NCBI GenBank assembly: GCA_963793265.1
Contig: CAWBZI010000002.1
Span: forward strand, 384,001 to 448,000
Reading direction: 5' to 3'
Length of the DNA stretch: 64,000 nucleotides
Source: an uncultured cyanobacterium
GTDB lineage: Bacteria; Cyanobacteriota; Cyanobacteriia; Phormidesmidales; Phormidesmidaceae
A model generated the notes under the pieces. That model had not been told where the DNA came from, searched no databases, and worked only from the letters and a program-made list of their open reading frames with translations. Each line of letters begins with the position of its first letter. The stretch's first letter is position 1. Of the stretch, positions 29,406 through 38,845 are shown in pieces. Position numbers and translations under genes: made by a program.

Positions 29406-32400
29406 CTTCTCTAACACCCACTTCTCCTACTCCCGCCGAAAAGCTCTACGCCCTACTCCCGGCCATTCACCGCATTCGCGACGCCGCTGAAGGGGAGCCT
29501 TTACGGGCGCTGCTAGCTATCTTAGAGCAAGAGTTTGACACGCTAGAACAAGATATCGAAGGGCTGTACGACAACTGGTTTATTGAAACCTGTGATGAGT
29601 GGGTTGTGCCCTACATTGGAGACTTGTTGGACGTACGTGAGCTGTATGCCAAGGCAGGACGCGGCAGACCCGACGAGAACAACTACGGCCAGCAGTACGG
29701 CCAGCAGGAGCGCCGGGCCTATGTGGCAAATACGCTCGCTTACCGGCGGCGAAAGGGGACTGTGCCCATATTAGAACAGTTGGTGCAGGATATCACTGGC
29801 TGGCGATCGCGCGCGGTAGAGTTCTTTCAGCTACTCGCCACCACGCAAAACATCAATCACGAGCGCCCCAGCAACACCACGGTAGACTTAAGATCTGGAC
29901 GCCAGCCCGACCGCATAGGCACCGCATTTGAACGGCAGGCTTCTTACTCGCTAGAGGTGCGAAACACCAATCAGGGCCGCTATAACCTGCCGACCATCGG
30001 GCTATTTATTTGGCGGCTACGAAGCTATGCAACACCAGTGTGCAGCGCCCGGCTAGTCGAAGGCGATCGCGGCTACACCTTCGACCCCATCGGCAGCTCA
30101 CAACCGTTATTCAACCGTCCTCAAACGGCTACCGACACCGCCCGGCTAACCCGAGAGATCAACGTGCCTGCGCCACTCCGCCGCACTGCGTTAAAGCAAG
30201 AGATCGAGAATCTGCAACAAAGGCTTGCACTGGGTCAAAAAATAGAAGATTTGTCAGATCAGTTCGATCTCTCTAGCCAGCAAATGGTAGTACGGCTGAA
30301 GCGAGAGCAGCAGGCACTAGCAGCCGCCATTCCTCGGAGCGATCGCTATTTAGACAATTCCCAGCCTGTTTTCTCTATCTACTTTGACGGTGAGCAGGTG
30401 CCCGCTGAGGAAATTAGCATTCAAACGCTTGCTGAAGAAAACAATCGGTGGAAGCCGCCGCAGGCCGAGAGCGGTTCTCGGATAAAGGCCAAAGTGGTTG
30501 TTGATCCTGAGAGCGGGCGGCTGTGGTGTTTGTCGCTGCCGCCGCAGTCGGTGCAGGTGAGCTATAGCTACGGTTTTAGTGGCGACGTGGGGAGCGGCGT
30601 TTATGACCGTAGAGCGGCGATCGCACAGACCATGCTGGGCTCGCATAAAATTTGGCGCGTAGACTCAGCGCAGGCTTTAACCGACGCTACGCTGCAATGG
30701 AACGAAATTACGCAGCTATGGCTAATGCAGCAACAGCAGCAGTCTATCGTCTTAGGCCGCATTGCTTTGGACGGCGAAGGGAAAGTTCAGGAATGGCAGC
30801 ACAATCAATTGGTCATCAGCCCTCCCATTGTTGTCTCGCCGGGTAGCCGAGAGTTATTAATCAGCAGCGGCACTATCAAGAACGGACGTGGCGCGACTTT
30901 AATGATAAAAGCAGCGCAGCAGGTCGGTTTCTCAGCAGACGATGCCTACTTGACAATCACGATATTTGCGACGGCTGCAGATAGTGGTAATGATGCTCTA
31001 ATTGCAGCTGCGCCTGAGATTGATCGCGGGGTTATTTTACTGACGAATTCTCTCTCTTATCCTGATGCGATCGCCGTCAACGTCTCAGCCAACAAACAGC
31101 TCTCTATCGTAGCCGCCAACGGTCAAAGACCTCACCTGTGCGGCAATATATACGCGCGTGGCGTGGCGACTAATCGTGAGAATCCTGGCGCGATCGCCCT
31201 CGAAGGACTGCTGCTTGAAGGTCGCCTTATTTTACTAGCCGGGCACCTCAAACACTTGCAGATAAGCCACTGTACCCTCGTACCTTCCGAGCGAGCCTTA
31301 AGCGGTATGAGGGTAGATGCGCTGCTCTCGCCACTAGATAGAGAAGAAGATTTGGCCCAGTCAGGCATCGATAGCGTGATGCTAATGGCGCTGTGGCTAT
31401 ATCTGTTTACGCTCATTCAACAGATCATAAAAATTGGGTTCGATTCACAGCGCTCTACACCGCAGAAAAATCTGCACAAGCTTTGGTGGATAGCCCAAAG
31501 CCAGCTCAGCTTGTTAATTGCTAGCCTGAAAGAGATATTTCAAACCTGCGCGGCTGAAGGCGAAACCGATCTGCTCGATTTGCCAGGATACAAGACGTTT
31601 CAAAGCGTAACGTATCTACCCGATCTCGCCTGTGACAATGCAGCGCTAACCGTGACAGTCGAGCGTAGCATTACCGGCCCGCTAGCCCTAGCGGAAACGA
31701 TACCCACCTTAGTTTGTACAGACAGCTTAATTCATCAGGGATGGACGAGTGAAACGCCGATAGCAGCTCAGGGCCAGCGGGCGATCGCAGCATCAGGTGC
31801 AAACGCCACTATCAACACCACCACCGTATTCGGCGCGACGAAAGTCCGAGAAATCACAGCCAATAATTCCCTCTTTACCGACACGCTACAGGCCCAGCTA
31901 CAGCAGTCCGGCTGCGTTCGCTTTAGCAGCCTGCCGCCAACGTCCAAAACGCCCAGACGCGAGCGGACTCAGCCCGATCTATCCACTCAAAAACTAGACC
32001 AGATTCCACCTGCGATTAACGCAATTGTTCAACAGCCCAACAGTCAAATTATGTGGGCCGCAACCGCAGGCCAAGGCTTTTACGTTCGAGACTTTGCCGA
32101 TGAAACGGCTGAGTGGACAGCGCACTTACCACTGGATCTAAGGAAAGTAAATATCACTGCCCTCACTATTAGTCAGCAGCAGGAGAGAACGGTCTTTTTG
32201 GTGGGTACCGACAGCGGCAAGCTACTATACGCGATGGATCTATCCTCGGACAATTTAGGTGAAGGCTGGCAAAGTATGAGCTTAATTGCCAGCGGGCAAG
32301 ACCAGATTGGAGAGATTGTGAGCAGGGGACGGTTGGTGACTGGCACTGATACTGTTTTTCAGTCGGGCGGTCGGGTTCAGGTGGGCGATCGCATCACAGC

Positions 32401-33631
32401 CGCCAATCAAACCCGTGTTATACAACAGGTTCTTAGCAATACCGAACTCCTGATCAACGCACCCTTTCAGCCTGCAATCAGCCAGCCCACGTCGTTCCGC
32501 ACAAACCTTGGGCAAACGGACGCAGCTATCACAGCTCTGTTGATTAAAGACGAATTTTGGTTTGTCGGCACAGCAGGCGGCGGGCTCTTTCGCTCAGCCA
32601 ACGAAGGCGTCACCTGGGACTGGTTGAACATTCCTAAACGGAAGATCACCTGCTTGATGGCGACTGAAAATAGAAATTTGCTAGCTGGAACCAGCGGTGG
32701 TTTGTTCCTTTCTGAGGATAACGGGCAGCAGTGGCAGGTGTTAGAGAGAGGGTTGCCGACGCTGCCGGTTACTTGCTTGACGAGCGATCGCGCTGGCCAG
32801 ATTTTTGCAGGAACAGAAAGCCAAGGCGTCTTCCGCTCTACAGATGGCGGCTTTTTCTGGCAGTCTATCGGGCTCGCTCAGTGGCCGGTAACTGGGCTGA
32901 TTGCAAAACACCGTCAGACAAGCGGCACGATTAGTAGTAAAGGCGATATTGTTACCGGGGTAGGCACTGAGTTTCGCTCACAGCTTAAGGTTGGAGATGC
33001 GATCACCGTCCAAAACCAAACCCGCACCATCCAATCCATCGACTCCAACACCCAGCTCACTCTTACCCTGGCCTTCTATCCCGCTATCCCCGAAGAAACC
33101 GCCTTTGAAAGCAGCTTGCTCATCGCAGGCACTCAGGGCGGCGGCACGTTCCGCGTCCAAGGCTCAAGCACAACTGAAGGCAACACCTGGGAACGTGTCA
33201 ACACCAGCACAACAACTTCGTGGGTAAGTACCCTCACCTGGATAGAGCCCACAGACGAAGCCACAGACGAAGCCGCCCCGCCTGTCGAAGCCGCTCTACT
33301 TGGAACAACATTAGGAAACTTTTTAACCACCCCAGATCGCGGCAGTCCTTCCGACTGGGTATCAGCCGATCAGGGGCTTACGGCGGTAGACAGCTTTCTA
33401 CAAGAGGTAATTCGATTACAGCCCAGCTTTACTGCAAACCAACATGGCCCGCCCGGCTTTGGGCAGCTAGCGCTGAGCTGCCCAACTGAGATTCTTACCG
33501 GGGCCGAAGACGGCTCAGAAATGGGGGCCTTTAGCTACCTCAAGCAACCCCAGCGCCAGGCCAACCTATCGACCAGCCTGGACGAATATCTACGATTTGG
33601 CCTTTCTGCAAACCTGTTCTACCTCACCTAA
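29402..33631 (+). CDS. Phage tail protein I-like baseplate protein (Afp12-like) with propeller insert
   Basis: LYALLPAIHRIRD, WFIETCDEWVVPYIGDL, YRRRKGT; C-terminal GAEDGSEMGAF. Confidence 0.85.
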   Translation: MTSLTPTSPTPAEKLYALLPAIHRIRDAAEGEPLRALLAILEQEFDTLEQDIEGLYDNWFIETCDEWVVPYIGDLLDVRELYAKAGRGRPDENNYGQQYGQQERRAYVANTLAYRRRKGTVPILEQLVQDITGWRSRAVEFFQLLATTQNINHERPSNTTVDLRSGRQPDRIGTAFERQASYSLEVRNTNQGRYNLPTIGLFIWRLRSYATPVCSARLVEGDRGYTFDPIGSSQPLFNRPQTATDTARLTREINVPAPLRRTALKQEIENLQQRLALGQKIEDLSDQFDLSSQQMVVRLKREQQALAAAIPRSDRYLDNSQPVFSIYFDGEQVPAEEISIQTLAEENNRWKPPQAESGSRIKAKVVVDPESGRLWCLSLPPQSVQVSYSYGFSGDVGSGVYDRRAAIAQTMLGSHKIWRVDSAQALTDATLQWNEITQLWLMQQQQQSIVLGRIALDGEGKVQEWQHNQLVISPPIVVSPGSRELLISSGTIKNGRGATLMIKAAQQVGFSADDAYLTITIFATAADSGNDALIAAAPEIDRGVILLTNSLSYPDAIAVNVSANKQLSIVAANGQRPHLCGNIYARGVATNRENPGAIALEGLLLEGRLILLAGHLKHLQISHCTLVPSERALSGMRVDALLSPLDREEDLAQSGIDSVMLMALWLYLFTLIQQIIKIGFDSQRSTPQKNLHKLWWIAQSQLSLLIASLKEIFQTCAAEGETDLLDLPGYKTFQSVTYLPDLACDNAALTVTVERSITGPLALAETIPTLVCTDSLIHQGWTSETPIAAQGQRAIAASGANATINTTTVFGATKVREITANNSLFTDTLQAQLQQSGCVRFSSLPPTSKTPRRERTQPDLSTQKLDQIPPAINAIVQQPNSQIMWAATAGQGFYVRDFADETAEWTAHLPLDLRKVNITALTISQQQERTVFLVGTDSGKLLYAMDLSSDNLGEGWQSMSLIASGQDQIGEIVSRGRLVTGTDTVFQSGGRVQVGDRITAANQTRVIQQVLSNTELLINAPFQPAISQPTSFRTNLGQTDAAITALLIKDEFWFVGTAGGGLFRSANEGVTWDWLNIPKRKITCLMATENRNLLAGTSGGLFLSEDNGQQWQVLERGLPTLPVTCLTSDRAGQIFAGTESQGVFRSTDGGFFWQSIGLAQWPVTGLIAKHRQTSGTISSKGDIVTGVGTEFRSQLKVGDAITVQNQTRTIQSIDSNTQLTLTLAFYPAIPEETAFESSLLIAGTQGGGTFRVQGSSTTEGNTWERVNTSTTTSWVSTLTWIEPTDEATDEAAPPVEAALLGTTLGNFLTTPDRGSPSDWVSADQGLTAVDSFLQEVIRLQPSFTANQHGPPGFGQLALSCPTEILTGAEDGSEMGAFSYLKQPQRQANLSTSLDEYLRFGLSANLFYLT

Positions 33632-33643
33632 GGAAAAAGACTC

Positions 33644-36250
33644 ATGAAGGGAGATTTTACGCGGTCTACTTTTCGCCCCCAAAAGCACTACAGCAGCGTT
33701 CGGATGCAGCAAGGCCGATTGCAGGTCGATGCCGACTGGAACGAACAGGCCGACATTACCGCCTACCTAAGAGAGCAACAGGCCAGAAACTTACTCGGGC
33801 AAAACGTAGCCGCCGCCGCCCGCACCGCAGCAGCTAACAAAGACCTCTTTGAAAACTTTCGAGTAAAGCCTTCTGCCGACGGTACAGAATTCGAGATCGC
33901 CGCAGGCCAAATCTACGTAAACGGCGTTTGGTGTGAGCTACAAGAACCCATTCAATACACCAAACAGCCAGATTATCCCCAAGCCCCTAAGCCTCAAAAA
34001 GAAGGAGCCTATCTCGCTTATCTAGACGTATGGCAGCGCCACATCACCACCGTCGATGACGACTTCATCCGTGAAAGTGCGCTCAACAGCGTGCCCGATA
34101 CCACCACTCGCCTGCAAACGGTGTGTCAGGTAAAGCTAAAGCCTTTGGCAAAAGAAAACCCTTCTTTAGAAGATGTGATCGCTACCCTCAAGCCGCCCAA
34201 GCCAGGAAAGCTCGCAGCCCGACTCAAGCCAGCTAGCGGCTCAGCCAACAGCGGCCCTTCCGTAGACAACACGCTGTATAGAGTCGAAATTCATAAGCCC
34301 GGCACAGTCGGCACAGCCACCTTCAAATGGTCAAAAGACAACGCCATTGTCGTCAGCCGCATTTTGTCTATCAAAGACAACACTCTCGTTGTTGAGAGCC
34401 CGGATGGCTTCTCACCCGGAAGCTGGGTAGAAGTCACTGATACCCACCACGAGCTACGCGGCGAGCCGGGCCTACTGCTTCAGCTCACCGAAAAAACAAC
34501 CGGCACCCGATTAGTCTTCGACCCTTCTAAAACCAGCGACGGCGACAAAACCCTCATTGACGCGATGAGGTTTGCCAACCGAGAGTCCGACAACATTTTA
34601 AAAGTAAGGCGCTGGGACGGCAATGCTACTCAGATAAAGGAAGGATCAAGCTGGATTGACTTAGGCAACAACGGCGTTCAGATCAATTTTTCACAGGTCA
34701 ACGCTTCAAGCGAGCAGGCAGGGGACGAACAGGCACGACAATATGCGACGGGAGACTACTGGCTTATTCCCGTGCGATCTATTAGCCCCCAGCTAGACTA
34801 CTGGCCAAAAGATGAAGACAACAACCCCGCTGCCATATCCTCACAGGGCATCCAACACAATACCGCCCCGCTAGCCTTTCTCCGCTACACAGGTACAAAA
34901 TTCGAGCTGGCCAAAACGGGCCGAGCCGAGTCACTTCCTCAAGGAGACTTTCGCCGCACGTTTCCAACGCTCACCCGTGCACTAGACAGTTTGGGTGGCG
35001 TTATTGAAGGCTCTTTAAATATTCAGAAAAATCTTTCAGTACAAGGAAAGCTGACGCTATCAAAAGGGATAGCGGTTAGTGAGTTTTCTAACGGTAATCT
35101 GAGCAGTAGCGCTGAGTCAGTACCCACTGAAGGCGCTGTGAAAACCTATGTAGACACTGAGGTTCAAAGCGTCAATGGGAGAGTAGATCAGGCAAATCAG
35201 AATATTGCAAACAATGCGAATGCAATTAATGGTAAAGCCGATAAAAACGGTTCTTCAGAAGAAGACTTTAGCGTAAACGAACTATTAGCAAAGCGTGCGC
35301 GCCTATCAGAAGGTGTGAGCATCAATAAATTCTCTAACGATGGGCTGAGCGATAGCGCCCAGTCAGTACCTACTGAAGGCGCTGTAAAAACCTATGTAGA
35401 CACTGAAGTTCAAAGCATCGATGGGAGAGTAGACCAAGCAAATCAGAATATTGCAAATAATGCGAATGCAATCAGCGGTAAAGCTGATAAAAACGGGTCT
35501 TCAGAAGAAGACTTTAGCGTAGACGAACTGCTAGCCAACAGTGTGAGACTATTAGCAGGCGTGAGCGTCAATAGATTCTCTAACGATGAGCTGAGCGATC
35601 GCACTCAGTCAGTGCCCACTGAAGACGCTGTAAAAACCTATGTAGATTCTAAGATCCGAAGCGTTGACAAGAGAGTAGACCAGACTGCCGAAAATAATGC
35701 GAGTGCGAACAGTGGTAAAGCTGATAAAAACGGTTCTTTAGAAGAAAACTTTAGCGTGAGCGAACTGCTGGCAAAGAGGGGCAGCTTCTCGGATAGATTA
35801 AATACGCGCGCGTTAGACGTTGAGAATGAACTGTCTGCGAATCAAATCACTGCTCAATCTGTTGCTGCTCAGTCTATTAGCCAAGAATCTTCTCAGGCTC
35901 TCAAGGAGAATATTTCAAACCTTTCCAGTCAAGAAGCGACTATTTTGCTTAGCCAGCTCGACCCGGTTAAATTTAGCTATCGTACTGACGAAAACCAACG
36001 TATTCGTACGGGCTTTATTGCCGAAACTGTACCTGATATTGTGGCATCAGCAAATCGGCAGGCAGTTAGCCCACTAGACATTACGGCAATTTTGACCAAG
36101 ATGGCTAAGGATCATCACCTAGCGATCGCTCAAATGAACGGAGCGATCGCTCAAATGACCAGCGTCATCCAACAGCAGCAGCAGGAAATTAGCGCACTTA
36201 ATGCCACCGTGCAAAGGCTATCGGGAGAAAGGCCATCAAACGCTATATGA
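33644..36250 (+). CDS. Tail fibre protein, DUF6519 N-terminus and peptidase S74 chaperone C-terminus (Afp13-like)
   Basis: MKGDFTR.TF...V.MQQGR.QVDADWNE; GDYWLIP.R; SSQALKENI...L.PVKFSY...GFIAE followed by a coiled coil. Confidence 0.85.
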   Translation: MKGDFTRSTFRPQKHYSSVRMQQGRLQVDADWNEQADITAYLREQQARNLLGQNVAAAARTAAANKDLFENFRVKPSADGTEFEIAAGQIYVNGVWCELQEPIQYTKQPDYPQAPKPQKEGAYLAYLDVWQRHITTVDDDFIRESALNSVPDTTTRLQTVCQVKLKPLAKENPSLEDVIATLKPPKPGKLAARLKPASGSANSGPSVDNTLYRVEIHKPGTVGTATFKWSKDNAIVVSRILSIKDNTLVVESPDGFSPGSWVEVTDTHHELRGEPGLLLQLTEKTTGTRLVFDPSKTSDGDKTLIDAMRFANRESDNILKVRRWDGNATQIKEGSSWIDLGNNGVQINFSQVNASSEQAGDEQARQYATGDYWLIPVRSISPQLDYWPKDEDNNPAAISSQGIQHNTAPLAFLRYTGTKFELAKTGRAESLPQGDFRRTFPTLTRALDSLGGVIEGSLNIQKNLSVQGKLTLSKGIAVSEFSNGNLSSSAESVPTEGAVKTYVDTEVQSVNGRVDQANQNIANNANAINGKADKNGSSEEDFSVNELLAKRARLSEGVSINKFSNDGLSDSAQSVPTEGAVKTYVDTEVQSIDGRVDQANQNIANNANAISGKADKNGSSEEDFSVDELLANSVRLLAGVSVNRFSNDELSDRTQSVPTEDAVKTYVDSKIRSVDKRVDQTAENNASANSGKADKNGSLEENFSVSELLAKRGSFSDRLNTRALDVENELSANQITAQSVAAQSISQESSQALKENISNLSSQEATILLSQLDPVKFSYRTDENQRIRTGFIAETVPDIVASANRQAVSPLDITAILTKMAKDHHLAIAQMNGAIAQMTSVIQQQQQEISALNATVQRLSGERPSNAI
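35052..35780 (+). repeat. Three tandem 246-bp (82 aa) repeats in the tail fibre
   Basis: FSN...SVPTE.AVKTYVD...GKADKNGS.EE.FSV.ELLA units with the FSN codons at 35084, 35330 and 35576. Confidence 0.9.
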
Positions 36251-36301
36251 TTTGAAACGCACGCTCTCCCAGCAGGCTCATCCACCAGGCATACACCAAC
36301 C

Positions 36302-38077
36302 ATGACACAGCCACAAACGCCCAAAGGTCAGTACCTACTCTCAGTTGAGAGGATAACGCCTGAAACGTCAACGTTCCCTTTTTACTTTGTGGGCAGCACC
36401 GCGCCTAATAACGTAGACGATGGCGTCGGTAAAGTTGATAATCCACAGACTGAGATTGAGTCGCTGGCGGCCTTTTTATGCGAGCAGGAAAACCCTGAAA
36501 TACTTGTTGTTGTGCATGGCTATAATACGCGGCTGGGCTACTTCGCCTCCAAAGACGGTAGAGGCGATGGGGTTAAGGGGTGGTATCAAAACATTCGAGA
36601 TCATATTGAGAAAAATTGCGATCGCAGATCCCCAGGGCTCGCGCTCGTGGGCTATCGATGGCCCTCTGAAGAGATCAATGGCGGCGGCGATGACAGCTTA
36701 GGCAACAAGCTAAGAGATTCTTTCAAGTCGTTACCAACCGCACTAAAGTTCATTCTTTTCCTGGCAAAATTACCGCTGCTTGCTGGATTTATAGCCGCGT
36801 TCGTGCCGAATCAATACGATACAGTAGGCACTGAAGCACTCGCAGTCACCCTAACAATACTAGCCGTCTTCTTTATCGCCCTCGTCATTACCCTTTTCCT
36901 CCTCAGAATTGTTGGATATTTCCGAGATTCATACCGGGCCAGCAACTTTGGAGTCCCCGATCTCGTAGAGCTAATTCGACAGATAGACAAAGCTGTCGTT
37001 GGCATCAAGCGAGAGGACGATCCTGGCTGGAAAGCAAAGGAAGATGACCAGTTCAATCGCATCAAGCTATCGTTTGTTGGTCATAGCATGGGTGGCTTCG
37101 TAGTTACCAACACTGTCCGCATTCTCTCTGATGTTTTTGACAGCGCCTCGATTGGCAACCTCGACCCGGCAAACAAAGCCAAAGCCCCTTCCTCTAACAT
37201 TGGTAATGTTTTTTCATTGGGGCGGCTGGTGCTAGTCTCACCTGATATTCCTGCAGAAACAATTATTTCAGGGCGAGCTAACTTTCTCAGCTCATCGCTG
37301 CGGCGCTTTGAAGAGACTTATCTATTTAGTAATGAGGGCGATATGGCGCTGCGGTTGGCTTCTTCGGCAGCGAACTATGCGAGCTTTCCGGCGAGGACGC
37401 GAGAAGGTGGCTATCGGCTGGGGAATGTGGTGGTGCGATCGCCCAAAAACGAAGCGGATAAAACGCCTCCATACGGCATCATCAAACTTGAGCCTGAAGC
37501 CGATGGCAGCAAGCAGTCATTTTTAGACTACCTATATATCCTTGGCGATAAGTCTTTGAAAGAGCGACAGGAGAAAATCATAGAGCCCGATCAGCATTCG
37601 ATTGCGGAGCTATTCACCGTCTTTGACTGCACTGATTATTCTGAGTATTTGCCAAGAGAAGAGGGGAAAGAACCGAAGGTTAAGGGTTTGATGACTGGGG
37701 CGAAGGGGAGGCGATCGCTCAATTTCTATCGCTACATATTGCTCACAATTGCCATGTTCCGCGGCACTATCGACACGCACGGCGGATATTTTCAAGAGGG
37801 TAATCCTGAGCATAAGAAAAAGAATCGGGCGACTAATATTGAAGCTTACGTTACTAAGCAGCTTATCTATGGTTTAGCGTGTTTAGGCTTTGAGCCCTTT
37901 TTGGAGTCTCTATCGACTGGTGTTGAAAGTAGTTCTTCTAAAGAGGTTGCTGAGCAAAATCTTGAAGCGCTGTCGTCGCTGTGCGAGTCTCGGAAGATTC
38001 AAGTATTGCTGTCGCCTGAGCGGTATAAGCAGGATGTTTTGGGGATTGAGGGGGCGGGCGATCGGGAGGGTTATTAG
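36302..38077 (+). CDS. Alpha/beta hydrolase (DUF900-like) with two TM helices; candidate CIS effector or lipase
   Basis: VVVHGYN, YRWPS, VGHSMGG, LVSPDI, SNEGD.AL motifs. Confidence 0.75.
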   Translation: MTQPQTPKGQYLLSVERITPETSTFPFYFVGSTAPNNVDDGVGKVDNPQTEIESLAAFLCEQENPEILVVVHGYNTRLGYFASKDGRGDGVKGWYQNIRDHIEKNCDRRSPGLALVGYRWPSEEINGGGDDSLGNKLRDSFKSLPTALKFILFLAKLPLLAGFIAAFVPNQYDTVGTEALAVTLTILAVFFIALVITLFLLRIVGYFRDSYRASNFGVPDLVELIRQIDKAVVGIKREDDPGWKAKEDDQFNRIKLSFVGHSMGGFVVTNTVRILSDVFDSASIGNLDPANKAKAPSSNIGNVFSLGRLVLVSPDIPAETIISGRANFLSSSLRRFEETYLFSNEGDMALRLASSAANYASFPARTREGGYRLGNVVVRSPKNEADKTPPYGIIKLEPEADGSKQSFLDYLYILGDKSLKERQEKIIEPDQHSIAELFTVFDCTDYSEYLPREEGKEPKVKGLMTGAKGRRSLNFYRYILLTIAMFRGTIDTHGGYFQEGNPEHKKKNRATNIEAYVTKQLIYGLACLGFEPFLESLSTGVESSSSKEVAEQNLEALSSLCESRKIQVLLSPERYKQDVLGIEGAGDREGY

Positions 38078-38183
38078 GTAGAGGCGCGATCACAGTTGAT
38101 TTCAGATTTTTAAAGCTGCTTCTTTACAGCATGTAGACTATTAAAGGGAAATCAGTATTAACAGCATAGGAGATGTAGTCGTA

Positions 38184-38801
38184 ATGATTGCGGTAATTGA
38201 TAAAAAGCCTGTGTCGTTTGATGAGTTTGTGGATTGGTATCCAGAAAACTCAGAGAATCGCTATGAACTAAGACGAGGAGTCATTATTGAAATGCCTAAA
38301 CCAAAAGGCAGTCATTCTCGTATAGCAGGCGACTTGGCATACGATTTGGGTACGGCTATTCGCCAGGCGAGTCAACCCTACTTTATTCCTAAGGAGTGCG
38401 TAATTAAAGTCTCGAATAATACGGGCTATGAGCCAGATATTATTGTGCTAGATGAAGGCGCGATCGCTGACGAACCTCGCTGGGCAAGAGAATCAATTAT
38501 CACGTTCGGTCAGTCAATCAAGCTGGCGGTAGAGGTTGTTTCGACCAACTGGCGCGACGACTATTTGTTTAAGCTAGCGGACTATGAGTCTCTAGGTATT
38601 CGGGAATACTGGATCGTTGATTACTTGGGTATTGGAGGGCGTCGCTATATTGGCTCTCCCAAGCAGCCTACCTTTACCGTTTGTACTTTGGTAGAAGGAG
38701 AATACGAACTACAGCAGTTCAGAGACGGTGAGTCTATCATCTCTCCTACATTTCCAAACTTTTCATTCACAGCTAACCAAGTCTTTAGACTGTGTAAGTA
38801 G
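38184..38801 (+). CDS. Uma2 family (DUF820) endonuclease
   Basis: RYEL..G.IIEM, PDIIV, LAVEVVS, Y...GIREYWIVD. Confidence 0.9.
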   Translation: MIAVIDKKPVSFDEFVDWYPENSENRYELRRGVIIEMPKPKGSHSRIAGDLAYDLGTAIRQASQPYFIPKECVIKVSNNTGYEPDIIVLDEGAIADEPRWARESIITFGQSIKLAVEVVSTNWRDDYLFKLADYESLGIREYWIVDYLGIGGRRYIGSPKQPTFTVCTLVEGEYELQQFRDGESIISPTFPNFSFTANQVFRLCK

Positions 38802-38845
38802 ACATCTTGTCCACAGTCCAAATAAATACTCTGTTTTGCCTTATT

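Noticed and set aside
35052..35780. Possible CRISPR array or DGR template/variable repeats
   Set aside because: In-frame 246-bp protein repeats without spacers; no cas or reverse transcriptase gene in the window
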